NCBI GenBank assembly: GCA_964406355.1
Contig: CAYORO010000002.1
Coordinates: 4,266 to 68,265, forward strand
Reading direction: 5' to 3'
DNA from: an uncultured Limibaculum sp.
GTDB lineage: Bacteria; Pseudomonadota; Alphaproteobacteria; Rhodobacterales; Rhodobacteraceae
Length of the DNA stretch: 64,000 nucleotides
The translations under genes were made by a program, and so were the position numbers. Positions 9,209 to 19,775 of the stretch are shown in pieces; position 1 is the first letter of the stretch; each line of letters begins with the position of its first letter. The notes below the pieces were generated by a model. That model searched no databases, was not told the DNA's origin, and saw only the letters and a list, made by a program, of their open reading frames with translations.

Positions 9209-10168
9209 TCACGACATCCGGAGATCGGCCTTGCGGTCCTCCGACGGGCCGATCCCGAAGACGCGGCGGTAGACCTTGGCGAAGTGCCCGGGCTGAAACC
9301 CGTAATCGAGCGCGATCTCGAGGAGCGGGCGATAGCCCGACAGCACCTCCTGGCGCGCCTCGCTCAATCTGAGCTCGGTATAGACGGTCGCGGGCGACCG
9401 GCCGAACTCCTGCTTGAAGAGCCGCTCGAGCTGGCGCTGAGACACGCCGGCCAGGCGGGCGATCTCGTGGATCGGGAGCCCGGTGAAGCGGTTCGCCTCC
9501 ATCAGCCGGATCGCGGCGAAGGCGGTTCTGTTGGAGGTGGTGAAGCGCAGATGCGCCGGCATGGCCTGGCGCAATCGCCCGTTGCGCACGCCATCGAGCA
9601 TAAGGCAGGAGGCGATGTCCTCCACGAGGTCCGCCGAGACATGGCGCTGGATGTAGCTCAGCATAAGATCGGCGACCGCGCCACCGCCCGAGCAGGTGGG
9701 GTGTTTTGCATCGATGACGAAGAGCGAGGCGGTGAGCCGCACCCGCGGATGGTGCGCCTTGAGATAGGGGACGTCCTCCCAATGCGCCGCGACCTCGCAG
9801 TGGTCGACGAGGCCGGCCTGCGCCAGTCGGACGATGCCCGAGGACACCGCCCAGATCGCGTGCCCCTGGCGGGCGAGGCGGCGGAGGGCGGCGATCAGCC
9901 TCGGGTTCGGGGTCTCGTGGGTGCCGGCGCCCGAGACGACGACCAGGCAGGCGCCCGGCGGCAGGTCGTCGAGGCGCAGATCCGGCAGCACCGAGATGCC
10001 GTTCGACGCCTGCACCGGCCCATCACAGGGGGTCGCGACCGAATAGGCCAGCTCCCTCGCCGCGCCGAGCTTTCGCGCGACGCGCAGCACCTCGACGGCC
10101 GAGGAGAAGGCCTGCATCGTGAAGCCCGGTTCGATGACAAAGACGAAATGGGTGCTGGTCCGGTCCAA
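9209..10168 (-). CDS. GlxA-family AraC regulator (DJ-1 + HTH)
   Basis: AAHWED, RQLERLF motifs; TTG start after GAGGA inferred. Confidence 0.85.
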   Translation of the reverse strand: MDRTSTHFVFVIEPGFTMQAFSSAVEVLRVARKLGAARELAYSVATPCDGPVQASNGISVLPDLRLDDLPPGACLVVVSGAGTHETPNPRLIAALRRLARQGHAIWAVSSGIVRLAQAGLVDHCEVAAHWEDVPYLKAHHPRVRLTASLFVIDAKHPTCSGGGAVADLMLSYIQRHVSADLVEDIASCLMLDGVRNGRLRQAMPAHLRFTTSNRTAFAAIRLMEANRFTGLPIHEIARLAGVSQRQLERLFKQEFGRSPATVYTELRLSEARQEVLSGYRPLLEIALDYGFQPGHFAKVYRRVFGIGPSEDRKADLRMS

Positions 10169-10344
10169 CAGACTGTCCTCGGCGCGCAATTGGCGCAGGC
10201 GACGATGATCGGCCGCGTGCCTGCGTGCAAGTCGGTCGACGGGCGGCCCTTCGATGGAGGTGGACAGGCCCGCCAAAGCTGCCCAAGCTGCGCTAAAGAG
10301 CCGGAGCAATCGGCCCGTAGCCGCGCCGGGGGAGGGCACCGAGC

Positions 10345-10974
10345 ATGAAAGAGCCGACGGGCAAGCTCGCGGCGGTCTCTGGCAAGGATGTCTCGATCGA
10401 GCCCGCTCAGCACTATGACGCTTGGGCCGACGAGTACGACGCCGATCTCCTCGGCACCTATCGCTATTGCGCGCATTCGATCGCGGCGGCTGCGTTGTCC
10501 GAGGCCCTTGCCGACCGGGGCGCGACGATCATCGATATCGGTTGCGGGACGGGGCTTGTCGGGGCTGCGCTGCAGGAGCACGGCTTCACCAGGATCGATG
10601 GTGTCGATATCTCCGCCGGCATGCTCGAAAAGGCCCGTGTGCGAGGTGTTTACCGGACGCTCTTCGAGCAGGACGCGGAGCGGGACCCCGCCGCACCCGT
10701 CGGCCACTACGGCGCGGTCATTTCGGTCGGGAGCTTCGGCCTCGGCCATCTCGGGCCCGAAGCGATGCCGCGCCTCGTTGACCATGCGCGGCCGGGGGCG
10801 TCGGTCGTGATCTTCATGAATGCCGAGCCGTTTGTCGACGACGACTATGCCGGCCACATCGCCCGGATGGAGCGGGACAGGATCTGGCGCGTCGACCGGA
10901 TCGAGGACCACAACTATATGGCCGCGCTCGACCGTCCGGGAAAGCTGATCCTCGCCCGGCGAGCGGAGGCGTGA
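10345..10974 (+). CDS. Class I SAM-dependent methyltransferase
   Basis: YDAWADEYD, DIGCGTG, GVDISAGML motifs. Confidence 0.88.
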   Translation: MKEPTGKLAAVSGKDVSIEPAQHYDAWADEYDADLLGTYRYCAHSIAAAALSEALADRGATIIDIGCGTGLVGAALQEHGFTRIDGVDISAGMLEKARVRGVYRTLFEQDAERDPAAPVGHYGAVISVGSFGLGHLGPEAMPRLVDHARPGASVVIFMNAEPFVDDDYAGHIARMERDRIWRVDRIEDHNYMAALDRPGKLILARRAEA

Positions 10975-10978
10975 GGCG

Positions 10979-11728
10979 ATGCCGACCAAGCTTCAGCTTG
11001 CCGAGAGCGCCCGTGCCTATGTTGTCGCCCTGACGGAGGCATTGCGGGAGCGCGCGGAGGACGACCCGGCTCTCGCCCCCTTTGTCGAGGCGCTTCTTGC
11101 CTGCCCGATGGCGGCGTGCCGGACCGAGCCCCGCGCGCGTCTCGACCATCCGGCGATGGAGGGGCTCGCACTGGCCTGCGGGCGCCTGACCGCACGCACG
11201 GCCTTCGCCCGGCATGTCCGCGTCGCGGCCGACACGCTCGACTGGTTCCCGGTCTTCGAGGGCGGCGGGATCGACCCGGGTCTGGCGGAGGGGATGCTGG
11301 CGGCGCAGGCCGTCGGCACCTATGGATGCTTCGCCCATGAGAGCCTGGCGGTCGGCATGTTCACGATCCTGCCCGGGGTGCATTATCCGCTGCACACCCA
11401 CGCGGCGACGGAGATCTATTTCGCGCTCGCGGGCGCCATCGAGATCCGGCATGGCATCGACGGGACGCCCTTCACGCTCGGCGCCGGGGAGCATTCCGTC
11501 ACGCCCCCCCATCGCGTCCATTCGGTCGATTGCCGCGCGGAGCCGGCTCTGATCGGCTATGTCTGGCAGGGCGATCTGTGGTGCCGGAACTGGTGGTGGG
11601 CTCGGGCGCCGGGCGGCGGATGGGCGCGGACGGCCTGGCATCGCCCCGCGGCCGGGCCGTGGCTGCCGCTCGAGACCGAGCCGGTCGATCCCGCGATCAT
11701 GGCCGAAGCCCACGGCCACGCAGTTTGA
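10979..11728 (+). CDS. DMSP lyase-family (DddQ/DddL-like) cupin
   Basis: YPLHTHAATEIY (HxHxxxExY) and HRVH cupin motifs, EPALIGYVW. Confidence 0.7.
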   Translation: MPTKLQLAESARAYVVALTEALRERAEDDPALAPFVEALLACPMAACRTEPRARLDHPAMEGLALACGRLTARTAFARHVRVAADTLDWFPVFEGGGIDPGLAEGMLAAQAVGTYGCFAHESLAVGMFTILPGVHYPLHTHAATEIYFALAGAIEIRHGIDGTPFTLGAGEHSVTPPHRVHSVDCRAEPALIGYVWQGDLWCRNWWWARAPGGGWARTAWHRPAAGPWLPLETEPVDPAIMAEAHGHAV

Positions 11729-11738
11729 GAGGACCCCG

Positions 11739-12707
11739 ATGAGCATCACAGTCACCCCGCCCGGTGTCCACCAGACCTTCCTGTTCGCCGAGGCGGCGCC
11801 GGATCTCAACGCGCTCGAGGCGGATATCGCCGTCCTCGGGGTGCCATTTGGCCAGCCCTACGGCATCCGGGCGGTCCACCACGACCATGTCAACGGGCCG
11901 ATGGCGATGCGCCGGGCGAGCGACCGGGTGGTCAGGGCGCTCAGCCACTACGACTTCGATATCGGCGGGCCGCTCTTCATGGGGCGCGACATCCGGATGG
12001 TGGACTGCGGCGATGTGAGCGCCGATCCCTATGACCTCGCGGGCCATTTCCGCGGGACCGAGGCGGCGGTCGCGAAGATTCTCAAGTCCGGCGCCCTGCC
12101 GCTGATCCTCGGCGGCGACCACTCGATCCCGATCCCGGTTCTCAGGGCCTATGCGGCGCTTGCGACGGAGGCTGAGCCGATCACGCTGATCCAGCTCGAT
12201 GCCCATCTTGACTGGCGCGAGGAGGTCGGCGGCGTCACCCAGGGGCTGTCGTCGGTGATCCGCCGAGCCTCGGAGATGGCGCATATCGGCGAGATCTTCC
12301 AGATCGGCCTCCGCGCCCAGGGCTCGGCGCGGCCGGCCGACCATGCGGCGGCCCTGGCCTACGGGTCGACCCTCGTCACGGCATACGAGCTGCACGAGGC
12401 GGGGCCAGAGAGCGTCCTCGATCGCATCCCCGATGGCGGGCGGTACTACATCACCGTCGACATGGACGGGCTCGATCCCGGCTGCGCGCCCGCGGTGGCG
12501 GGACCTGCGCCGGGCGGGATCACCTTCCTCGAGGCGCGCGCGCTGATCCAGGGCCTCGTCCGCAAGGGCCGCGTGGTCGGCATGGACGTGGTCGAGATCA
12601 CCCCCGCCGTAGACGTGAACCGGATCACCGCGATCACGGCGGGGCGGCTCTTCGTCAACCTGATCGGGACGGCGGCGGCCGAGGGATACTTCGACCGGCC
12701 GGCCTGA
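11739..12707 (+). CDS. Ureohydrolase (agmatinase/arginase family)
   Basis: GGDHS, DAHLD, DMDGLDP metal motifs; GAGGA RBS. Confidence 0.9.
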   Translation: MSITVTPPGVHQTFLFAEAAPDLNALEADIAVLGVPFGQPYGIRAVHHDHVNGPMAMRRASDRVVRALSHYDFDIGGPLFMGRDIRMVDCGDVSADPYDLAGHFRGTEAAVAKILKSGALPLILGGDHSIPIPVLRAYAALATEAEPITLIQLDAHLDWREEVGGVTQGLSSVIRRASEMAHIGEIFQIGLRAQGSARPADHAAALAYGSTLVTAYELHEAGPESVLDRIPDGGRYYITVDMDGLDPGCAPAVAGPAPGGITFLEARALIQGLVRKGRVVGMDVVEITPAVDVNRITAITAGRLFVNLIGTAAAEGYFDRPA

Positions 12708-12733
12708 GCGCCTGCCGACCCGCCCGCCCGTCG

Positions 12734-12765
12734 CGCGCTCGAGGCGGCTCTTCGAGCGCGGTTTT
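12734..12765 (+). terminator. Putative terminator between convergent ureohydrolase and sulfatase
   Basis: CGCGCTCGA/TCGAGCGCG stem followed by GTTTT. Confidence 0.5.
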
Positions 12766-12802
12766 GCGACGCCAGACCGGGTCGGTCTGGCCGGAAAACG
12801 CT

Positions 12803-14305
12803 CTAGCGCGGATTGAGCATGCTGAAGGCCCAGGCGGAATAGTCCGACCCGGCCCGGCACCAGCGCTCCTTGGTGTCCGGCGGGGCGACATAGTCCCAGA
12901 CCGGCGCGCGGCCGTGGTCATGCGCCTTGCGGATCAGCATCCGCCGGGCGAGGGAGCGGTCGATCTCGGCCTGCAGCGCCTCGGCGTCCCAGATGCCGGC
13001 CATCTCCTCCAGCAAGGCGGCGCGGACCGCCTCATGCGCGCCGGGCACCTGGCCGAGATCGCGCTGCTCGTCCGGGTCCTCCGCGAGATTGTAGAGCTGG
13101 GCCGGATGGGCCGGGCCCGAGATCAGCTTCCACTCCCCGCGACGGATCATGAAGATCGGCTGGGCGAGGCCGTCGCTCATCACCTCCGCCAGCGCGAGAT
13201 CCTCGACCGGCGCGCCGCCCGCCAGCGCCCCGCTCAGATCCCGTCCGTCGATGGGCTCGACCAGCGAGCCGCACCCGGTGTCGCCGGAGAGCGCCAGGAG
13301 CGTCGGCAGGAGATCCATCAGGGTGACGTTCTCGGACCGCCGCCCGGCCGAGACGCCCGGTCCCGCGAAGATCATCGGCACGCGCGCCGACCACTCGTAG
13401 AAGTGGCGCTTGAACCACATGCCGCGCTCGCCGAGCATCTCGCCGTGGTCGCCGAGCAGGATCACCACGGTCTCCTCCGCCATGCCCGTGCGGCGCAGGA
13501 TCCGCATCAGGCGGCCGAGCTGGTCGTCGATATAGGAGACCGAGCCGAGATAGGCCCGGCGCGCCTTGCGGATCAGCGCCGGGTCGAAATCCTTGTTGAG
13601 CGCGTGGCGCGTCATGATGAAGTCGCTGAGCGGGTCCTGCGCCTGGCTGGGGATCCGCCCGACCGTGGGCAGCGGGACTTCGTCATCGGTGTAGCGGTCG
13701 TAGTGCTCCTGTTGGCAGAAATAGGGGTCGTGCGGGTGGGTCAGCGAGACGAAGAGGCAGAACGGGCTGTCGCGCCGCCGCGCGAGATCGAAGAGGTGCT
13801 GCTCCGCCTGGAACATCGCGAGCTCGTCATAGTCGAGCTGCGGGGAGCGGTCGCAGATCCCGGAAACCCGAACCCCGCGGTCGTCTGAGCGGGTCTTGAC
13901 GTCCCGGTCCTCGAGATTCTCGGTCCAATAGAAGTCGCTCGGATAGATGTCGGTGGTCAGCCGGTGCTCGAAGCCGTGCAGCTGATCGGCACCGACAAAG
14001 TGCATTTTTCCCGACAATGTAGTCGTGTAGCCCCGGGCTCTCAGGTAATGCGCGAAGGTCGGGATCTCCGAGCTGAACTCCGCCGCGTTGTCATAGGCGC
14101 GCACGCGCGAGGCGAGCTGCCCGCTCAGCATCGACATGCGGGAGGGGCCGCAGAGCGGATAGGAGCAGTAGGCGTTGGTGAAGACTGTCCCGGCGCGTGC
14201 CAGACGGTCGATCTCGGGGGTCTTCGCGAGGCCGTGGCCATAGGCGGCGAGGACCTGCGATGTCAGCTGATCGGCCTGCAGGATCAGGAAGTTGGGACGT
14301 GTCAT
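12803..14305 (-). CDS. betC: Choline sulfatase-like
   Basis: CGPSR formylglycine motif, YDNAAEF, GKMHFVGADQLHGFE, RLTTDIYPSDF, C-terminal WDY. Confidence 0.8.
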   Translation of the reverse strand: MTRPNFLILQADQLTSQVLAAYGHGLAKTPEIDRLARAGTVFTNAYCSYPLCGPSRMSMLSGQLASRVRAYDNAAEFSSEIPTFAHYLRARGYTTTLSGKMHFVGADQLHGFEHRLTTDIYPSDFYWTENLEDRDVKTRSDDRGVRVSGICDRSPQLDYDELAMFQAEQHLFDLARRRDSPFCLFVSLTHPHDPYFCQQEHYDRYTDDEVPLPTVGRIPSQAQDPLSDFIMTRHALNKDFDPALIRKARRAYLGSVSYIDDQLGRLMRILRRTGMAEETVVILLGDHGEMLGERGMWFKRHFYEWSARVPMIFAGPGVSAGRRSENVTLMDLLPTLLALSGDTGCGSLVEPIDGRDLSGALAGGAPVEDLALAEVMSDGLAQPIFMIRRGEWKLISGPAHPAQLYNLAEDPDEQRDLGQVPGAHEAVRAALLEEMAGIWDAEALQAEIDRSLARRMLIRKAHDHGRAPVWDYVAPPDTKERWCRAGSDYSAWAFSMLNPR

Positions 14306-16113
14306 CCGAGCTGGGCCACCTCCAGATGGCAGGCGATCTTGTGATCGTTGACGAGCGCACGGACCGGGGGCTTGACCGTGTCGCAGGTGCCCTTGATCGC
14401 CATCGGGCACCGCTTGTGGAACGGACAGCCGCTGGCGCCGATCTCCACCACCGAGGCTGCCGCCAGCTGGGCGGTCTCGGTCGCCCGGATCTCCTCGAGC
14501 CAGCCCTGGCGCATCTCCGGCACCGAATGCAGCAGCAGCGAGGTATAGGGGTGGTAGGGCGGCTGCAGGATCTGGGCGGTCGGACCCTGCTCGGCGACCC
14601 GGCCGGCATAGAGCACGACAACCCGGTCGGCGAAGCTTGCCACCGTCGAGAGGTCATGGCTGATGAAGACGAAGGTGACGTTCGTCCCGGCCTGGAGGCG
14701 CTTCAGCAGCTCGATGATCTGCGCGCCGACAACGGTGTCGAGCGCCGAGGTGACCTCGTCGCAGAGGATCACCTCCGGCTCGGCCGCCAGTGCGCGGGCG
14801 AGGTTCACGCGCTGCTTCTGCCCGCCCGAGAGCGCTTGGGGTCGGCGGTTCGCGAATTCGGCCGGCAGGTCGACCATCTCGAGCAGCTCGGCCACCCGGC
14901 GCCGCCGGTCCGCGGGCGCCATGTCGAGATAGAACTCGAGCGGCCGCTCCAGCGCCTTGCCGACGGTCGTCAGCGGGTTGAAGGAGGTGTCCGGCATCTG
15001 CATCACGATCTGCACCCGGCGGAGCTCTTCGCGGGTCCGGTCCTTCACATTGCCGGCGAGCGGCGCATCGTCGAGCAGCAGCTGTCCCCCAGCGGCAGGC
15101 AAGAGCCCCGAGATCACGCGCGCCAGCGTCGACTTCCCGCAGCCGGATTCGCCGATCACCCCGATCGCCGAGCCGCGCGGGACAGCGACCGAGACGTCGT
15201 GGAGGACCTGCACGGCGATCGAGCCGTCGATCTTCCGGCCATACCCCGCATCGACATTCTGGACCGAGATGACCGTGTCGCTCGAGCTGTCGCGGTGTCC
15301 TGCGCCCTCGCCCGTGCGCTTGGGGGGCGGGCGAACGGCGGCCATCAGCTTCTTGGTGTAGTCCTCCTGCGGGTCGTGGAGGATCTGCTCGGTCGTGCCT
15401 TCCTCCACCGTCTGGCCGCCGAGGAGCACTTTGATGCGGTCGGCGACCTGCGCCACCACGGCCAGATCATGCGTGACGTAGATCGCGGCGGCGCCGGAGT
15501 CCTGGATCGTGTCCTTGAAGGCCGCCAGAACCTCGACCTGGGTGGTCACGTCGAGCGCCGTCGTCGGCTCGTCGAGCACCAGGAGATCGGGCACCGCGTT
15601 CATCGCCATCACCGCCATCAGGCGCTGAAGCTGACCGCCCGACACCTGGTGGGGGTATTTGCGGACGATGTTGTCCGGATCGGGCAGCTGCATCCGGCGG
15701 GCGAGATCGACCATCCGTTCCTCGGCCTCGGCGCGCGTGCCGATGCCATGGGCGAGCGAGACCTCGGTGATCTGGTCGTCGAGCCGCAGCGAGGCGTTGA
15801 ACGAGGCGGCCGCGGATTGCGCGACATAGGAGATCCGAGCGCCGCGCATCTGGCGCTTTTGCTCGAGCGAGAGATCGAGCACGCTGATGCCGTCGAAGAT
15901 CACCTCGCCGCCCGAGAACCGGCAGCCGGGCTTGGCGTAGCCCATCGACGCAACGGCAATGGTCGATTTGCCGGCCCCCGACTCGCCGATCAGCGCCAGC
16001 ACCTCGCCGCGGGCGAGCTCCAGCGACACCCCCTTGACGATCGGGGTGTAGGCCGCCCGCGTGTTCCGGCGCCCCTCGATCCGGAGATCGTTGATCTTGA
16101 GAAGCGGGCTCAC
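14302..16113 (-). CDS. Dpp/Opp-type ABC ATPase, two fused NBDs
   Basis: Two Walker A motifs (GESGAGKS, GESGCGKS), SGGQ signatures, C-terminal Cys motif; GTG overlaps upstream TGA. Confidence 0.9.
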   Translation of the reverse strand: MSPLLKINDLRIEGRRNTRAAYTPIVKGVSLELARGEVLALIGESGAGKSTIAVASMGYAKPGCRFSGGEVIFDGISVLDLSLEQKRQMRGARISYVAQSAAASFNASLRLDDQITEVSLAHGIGTRAEAEERMVDLARRMQLPDPDNIVRKYPHQVSGGQLQRLMAVMAMNAVPDLLVLDEPTTALDVTTQVEVLAAFKDTIQDSGAAAIYVTHDLAVVAQVADRIKVLLGGQTVEEGTTEQILHDPQEDYTKKLMAAVRPPPKRTGEGAGHRDSSSDTVISVQNVDAGYGRKIDGSIAVQVLHDVSVAVPRGSAIGVIGESGCGKSTLARVISGLLPAAGGQLLLDDAPLAGNVKDRTREELRRVQIVMQMPDTSFNPLTTVGKALERPLEFYLDMAPADRRRRVAELLEMVDLPAEFANRRPQALSGGQKQRVNLARALAAEPEVILCDEVTSALDTVVGAQIIELLKRLQAGTNVTFVFISHDLSTVASFADRVVVLYAGRVAEQGPTAQILQPPYHPYTSLLLHSVPEMRQGWLEEIRATETAQLAAASVVEIGASGCPFHKRCPMAIKGTCDTVKPPVRALVNDHKIACHLEVAQLG

Positions 16114-16985
16114 CCGATCAGCTCCGACGAGATGTCCTTCTGCGACCGGCTGAGGTTCCAGTCGACCAGGAGGTTGTTGGCGAGCGTCACCGAGAAGATG
16201 CAGACCGCCGGCAGGATCGGCGCCAGCGCCACGTTGAGGCCGTAGAAAAGGATGTAGTTCAGCGCCGCCATGTTCTCCTTCACCATCGAGCCCCAGTCGG
16301 AGAAGGGCGGCTGCACGCCCAGCCCCAGAAACGAGAGCGAGGAGAGCAGCAGGATCGAGTAGGTGAAGCGCAGGCCGAAATCGGTCGAGAGCGGGATGAA
16401 GGCGTTGGGCATGATCTCGTGCCTCAGGATCCACCAGATCGACTCGCCGCGCGCCCGGCTGACCTCGACGAAATCCATCACCATGATGTTCTGCGCGAGC
16501 GAGCGGGCGATCCGGTAGACCCGCGTCGCCTCGATGAACCCGATCGTGAGCAACAGGAGCCAGAGCGAGGACCCGAAGGCCGAGACGAGGATCAGCGCCA
16601 GCATGATCGAGGGGAAGGAGACGAAGGCGTCGTTGATCCGGCTCATCACATCGTCGACCGCGCCGCCCATGATCCCCGCGATGAAGCCGAGGGTGATGCC
16701 GACGACAAAGGCGAAGACCGTCGCCGCGAGGGCGAGGCCAAGCGTCAGCCGCGCGCCGTAGATCAGCCGGCTGAAGACGTCGCGGCCCAGATAGTCGGAG
16801 CCGAGGATCATCCGCTCGTCGGGCGAGAACGACTGGTCGGTCAGGATCGCGCTCTCCTCATAGGGCGCGAGCCACGGTGCGAAGAGGCAGACGACCGCCC
16901 AGAACACGAGGATCGCGACCGACATCCAGCCGAGGACGCCGAGATCCGGCAGGTGGAAGCTGCGGGGAACGGCCGTGTCGCTCAT
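16110..16985 (-). CDS. ABC permease (DppC-like)
   Basis: LGSDYLGRDVFSRLIYG, LSFLGLG motifs. Confidence 0.9.
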   Translation of the reverse strand: MSDTAVPRSFHLPDLGVLGWMSVAILVFWAVVCLFAPWLAPYEESAILTDQSFSPDERMILGSDYLGRDVFSRLIYGARLTLGLALAATVFAFVVGITLGFIAGIMGGAVDDVMSRINDAFVSFPSIMLALILVSAFGSSLWLLLLTIGFIEATRVYRIARSLAQNIMVMDFVEVSRARGESIWWILRHEIMPNAFIPLSTDFGLRFTYSILLLSSLSFLGLGVQPPFSDWGSMVKENMAALNYILFYGLNVALAPILPAVCIFSVTLANNLLVDWNLSRSQKDISSELIG

Positions 16986-17932
16986 TTCGCGTGCCTCAGT
17001 CGTGGATTGGCCATGATCGAAACCACATCGGCAATCAGGTTGAAGATCACATAGGCGGCGCAGAAGAACATCGCGCAGGCCTGGACGACGGGGATGTCGC
17101 GGGAGGCCACGGAGTCGACCATCAGCTTCGCGACGCCGGAATAGGAGAAGATCGTCTCGACCACGAGCACACCGCCGATGATGTAGGCGAGGTTGACCGC
17201 GATGACGTTGATGATCGGGGCGATCGCGTTCGGCAGGGCGTGCTTCAGGATGATCGTGCGCCGCGGCACGCCCTTGAGGATCGCCATCTCGATCGAGGGC
17301 TGGCTCAGCACGTTGAGCACGGCCGATCGGGTCATCCGCATCATCGGCGCAAAGACGGCGGCGGTCAGCGTGAGCACCGGCATCAGGAGGGCGATGATCG
17401 TCTCGCCCCAGCCGGTGGTCTCTGTGACGCGCGAGATCGCGGGCAGCCACCGCAGCTCGATCGAGAAGGCGAGCACCAGCAGCGTCGCGACGAGGAACTC
17501 GGGCGCCGATGTCAGGGCGATCGAGCCCGTCGTCAGGGAACGGTCGGCGAACCCGCCCGGGCGCATCGCGGCGTAGAGGCCGAGGCCCACCGCCAGCGGC
17601 ACCGCGATCAGGGCTGCCAGCCCCCCGAGCAGCAGGGTCTTCGGCAGCCGGGGCGCGATGATCTCGGAGACCGGGCGCTGGGTCGCGAGCGAGTTCCCGA
17701 GATCCCCGGTCACGAGGCCGACCAGCCATTCGACGTAGCGTTCATAGGCGGGGCGGTTGAGGTTCATCTCGGCGCGATAGGCCGCCAGTGTCTCTGGCGT
17801 CGCCCCCTGGCCGAGCACGGCCTGCGCCACATCGCCCGGCAGGATCTCGGTGCCGGCGAAGACGATCAGCGAGACGACGAACAGCGTCACCAAGCCGAGA
17901 CCGATTCTGCGAAGAATGAGCCTTCCGAGCAT
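16982..17932 (-). CDS. ABC permease (DppB-like)
   Basis: LPGDVA, GDLGNS, HALPNA, VETIFS motifs. Confidence 0.9.
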   Translation of the reverse strand: MLGRLILRRIGLGLVTLFVVSLIVFAGTEILPGDVAQAVLGQGATPETLAAYRAEMNLNRPAYERYVEWLVGLVTGDLGNSLATQRPVSEIIAPRLPKTLLLGGLAALIAVPLAVGLGLYAAMRPGGFADRSLTTGSIALTSAPEFLVATLLVLAFSIELRWLPAISRVTETTGWGETIIALLMPVLTLTAAVFAPMMRMTRSAVLNVLSQPSIEMAILKGVPRRTIILKHALPNAIAPIINVIAVNLAYIIGGVLVVETIFSYSGVAKLMVDSVASRDIPVVQACAMFFCAAYVIFNLIADVVSIMANPRLRHAK

Positions 17933-18147
17933 GTCCCTCCCCGTGTGGGTTTAAACCCATCTTTCTTCGGATTACGCACGCTTTTCCGGCGCAAATCAAC
18001 AGCGTTCATGAATTGCAGAACGCCGATGCGGCGAAGTTGCAGAGAGATCAGAGAGCCTTCACCAGCGGATTGCCCGCTATTCGGACATCGCTTACGCTCC
18101 CCAATGAACCGGCCCCGTCGAGGACGTCGGCAACCAGGGAGAAGTGA

Positions 18148-19746
18148 ATGGATCGCAAACACGGAGAGTTCCTCGCCGCCCAATTCGTGAAAGGGCGTCT
18201 GTCGAGGCGTGAATTCATTGGTCGGGTCGGTGTGCTTGGCCTGACGGCGGCGACGACGAGCGGCCTCATCCTCGGTGCCGACAAGGCCATCGCCGCGACG
18301 CCGAAGAAGGGCGGCCGCCTGATCCTCGGCTGGTACGGCCACAGCGCCAAGGACACGCTGAACCCCAACCGTCTGACCACCTCGCTGGACTTCCAGCGCG
18401 CCTATCAGACCATGGGCACGCTGGTGCGCTATGCCAACGACCTCTCGCTTGAGGGGGACCTGGCGACCGAGTGGGAATCGAGCGACGACGCGATGACCTG
18501 GCGCTTCAAGATCAGGTCGGGCGTCGAGTTCCACGACGGCAAGACCCTGACCGTCGAGGACGTGATCTACTCGCTCAACCGGCACCGGGGCGACGACAGC
18601 GACTCGATCATCAAAGCCTGGCTCGAGCCGATCACGGACATCCGCAAGGACGGCGACGACGTGATGGTCGTGGAACTGAGCGGGCCGAACGGTGACCTGC
18701 CCTACTACTTCGGCGACATGCACGCCGCGATCGTCCCCGACGGGTTCACCGATTTCAACAACGCGATCGGCACCGGCCCCTACAAGATCACGAGCTTCGA
18801 GCCCGGCGTCGGCATGCTGGCGGAGCGCTTCGGCAACTACTACCGCGACGACATCGCCCATGTGGACGAGGTCGAGAGCTTCGGCATCGGCGACACGCCG
18901 GCCCGGATGAACGCGCTGGTCTCGGGCGATGTGCACTTCGTGACCCGGGTCGATCCAAAGCTGGTCGATCTGATCAACAACGCGCCGGGCGTGACGATGG
19001 CGGCGGCGCCGGGCTCGCGGCACATCACCTTCCCGATGATGTCGGACGTGGCGCCCTTCGACAACAACGACATGCGGCTCGCGATCAAGTACATGGCCGA
19101 TCGCCAGGGCATGGTCGACAACGTGCTCAAGGGCTTTGGCCGCATCGCCAACGACACGCCGATCGGCTCGCTCGACAAGTATTTCTGCGAGCGGATCGCA
19201 CAGCGCGAGTTCGACCCGGACAAGGCCAAGTTCCATCTCAAGAAGGCGGGCATGGAGGGCCAGACGGTCACGCTGCACACCTCCGACGCCGCGGGCGGCC
19301 CGCCGGCACCGGATCTCGCGCTGCACCTGGCGGAGAGCGCCAAGCAGGTCGGCTTCAACATCGAGGTTCAGCGCGAGCCGGCCGATGGCTACTGGAGCTC
19401 GGTCTGGATGAAGCGGCCGTTCCACATGTCGAACTGGATGCCGCGCCCGACCGCGGATCTGCGCTTCAGCCTCGTGCATCTCTCCGATGCCAAATGGAAC
19501 GAGAGCCACAACGGCACCGCCGAGCTCGATGCCCTGATCGTCAAGGCGCGGGGCATGGTCGATGGGCCTGAGCGGGCCGAGGTCTACTGCCAGATCCAGG
19601 AGAGCATCCACAACACCGGTGGCTCTCTCATTCCGGTCTTCACCAACTGGCTCGACGCCCGCTCGGAGAAGCTGCAGGGCTGGACCGCGCACCCGGTCGG
19701 CGAGGGGGATGGCTTCCGGATCCACGAGACCGCCTGGCTCGCCTGA
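18148..19746 (+). CDS. Family 5 ABC substrate-binding protein, Tat signal
   Basis: SRREFI signal; GVEFHDGK, GTGPY motifs; divergent from permeases. Confidence 0.9.
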   Translation: MDRKHGEFLAAQFVKGRLSRREFIGRVGVLGLTAATTSGLILGADKAIAATPKKGGRLILGWYGHSAKDTLNPNRLTTSLDFQRAYQTMGTLVRYANDLSLEGDLATEWESSDDAMTWRFKIRSGVEFHDGKTLTVEDVIYSLNRHRGDDSDSIIKAWLEPITDIRKDGDDVMVVELSGPNGDLPYYFGDMHAAIVPDGFTDFNNAIGTGPYKITSFEPGVGMLAERFGNYYRDDIAHVDEVESFGIGDTPARMNALVSGDVHFVTRVDPKLVDLINNAPGVTMAAAPGSRHITFPMMSDVAPFDNNDMRLAIKYMADRQGMVDNVLKGFGRIANDTPIGSLDKYFCERIAQREFDPDKAKFHLKKAGMEGQTVTLHTSDAAGGPPAPDLALHLAESAKQVGFNIEVQREPADGYWSSVWMKRPFHMSNWMPRPTADLRFSLVHLSDAKWNESHNGTAELDALIVKARGMVDGPERAEVYCQIQESIHNTGGSLIPVFTNWLDARSEKLQGWTAHPVGEGDGFRIHETAWLA

Positions 19747-19775
19747 TCCGGCGGCCGGCTCGAACGCGAGAGATC

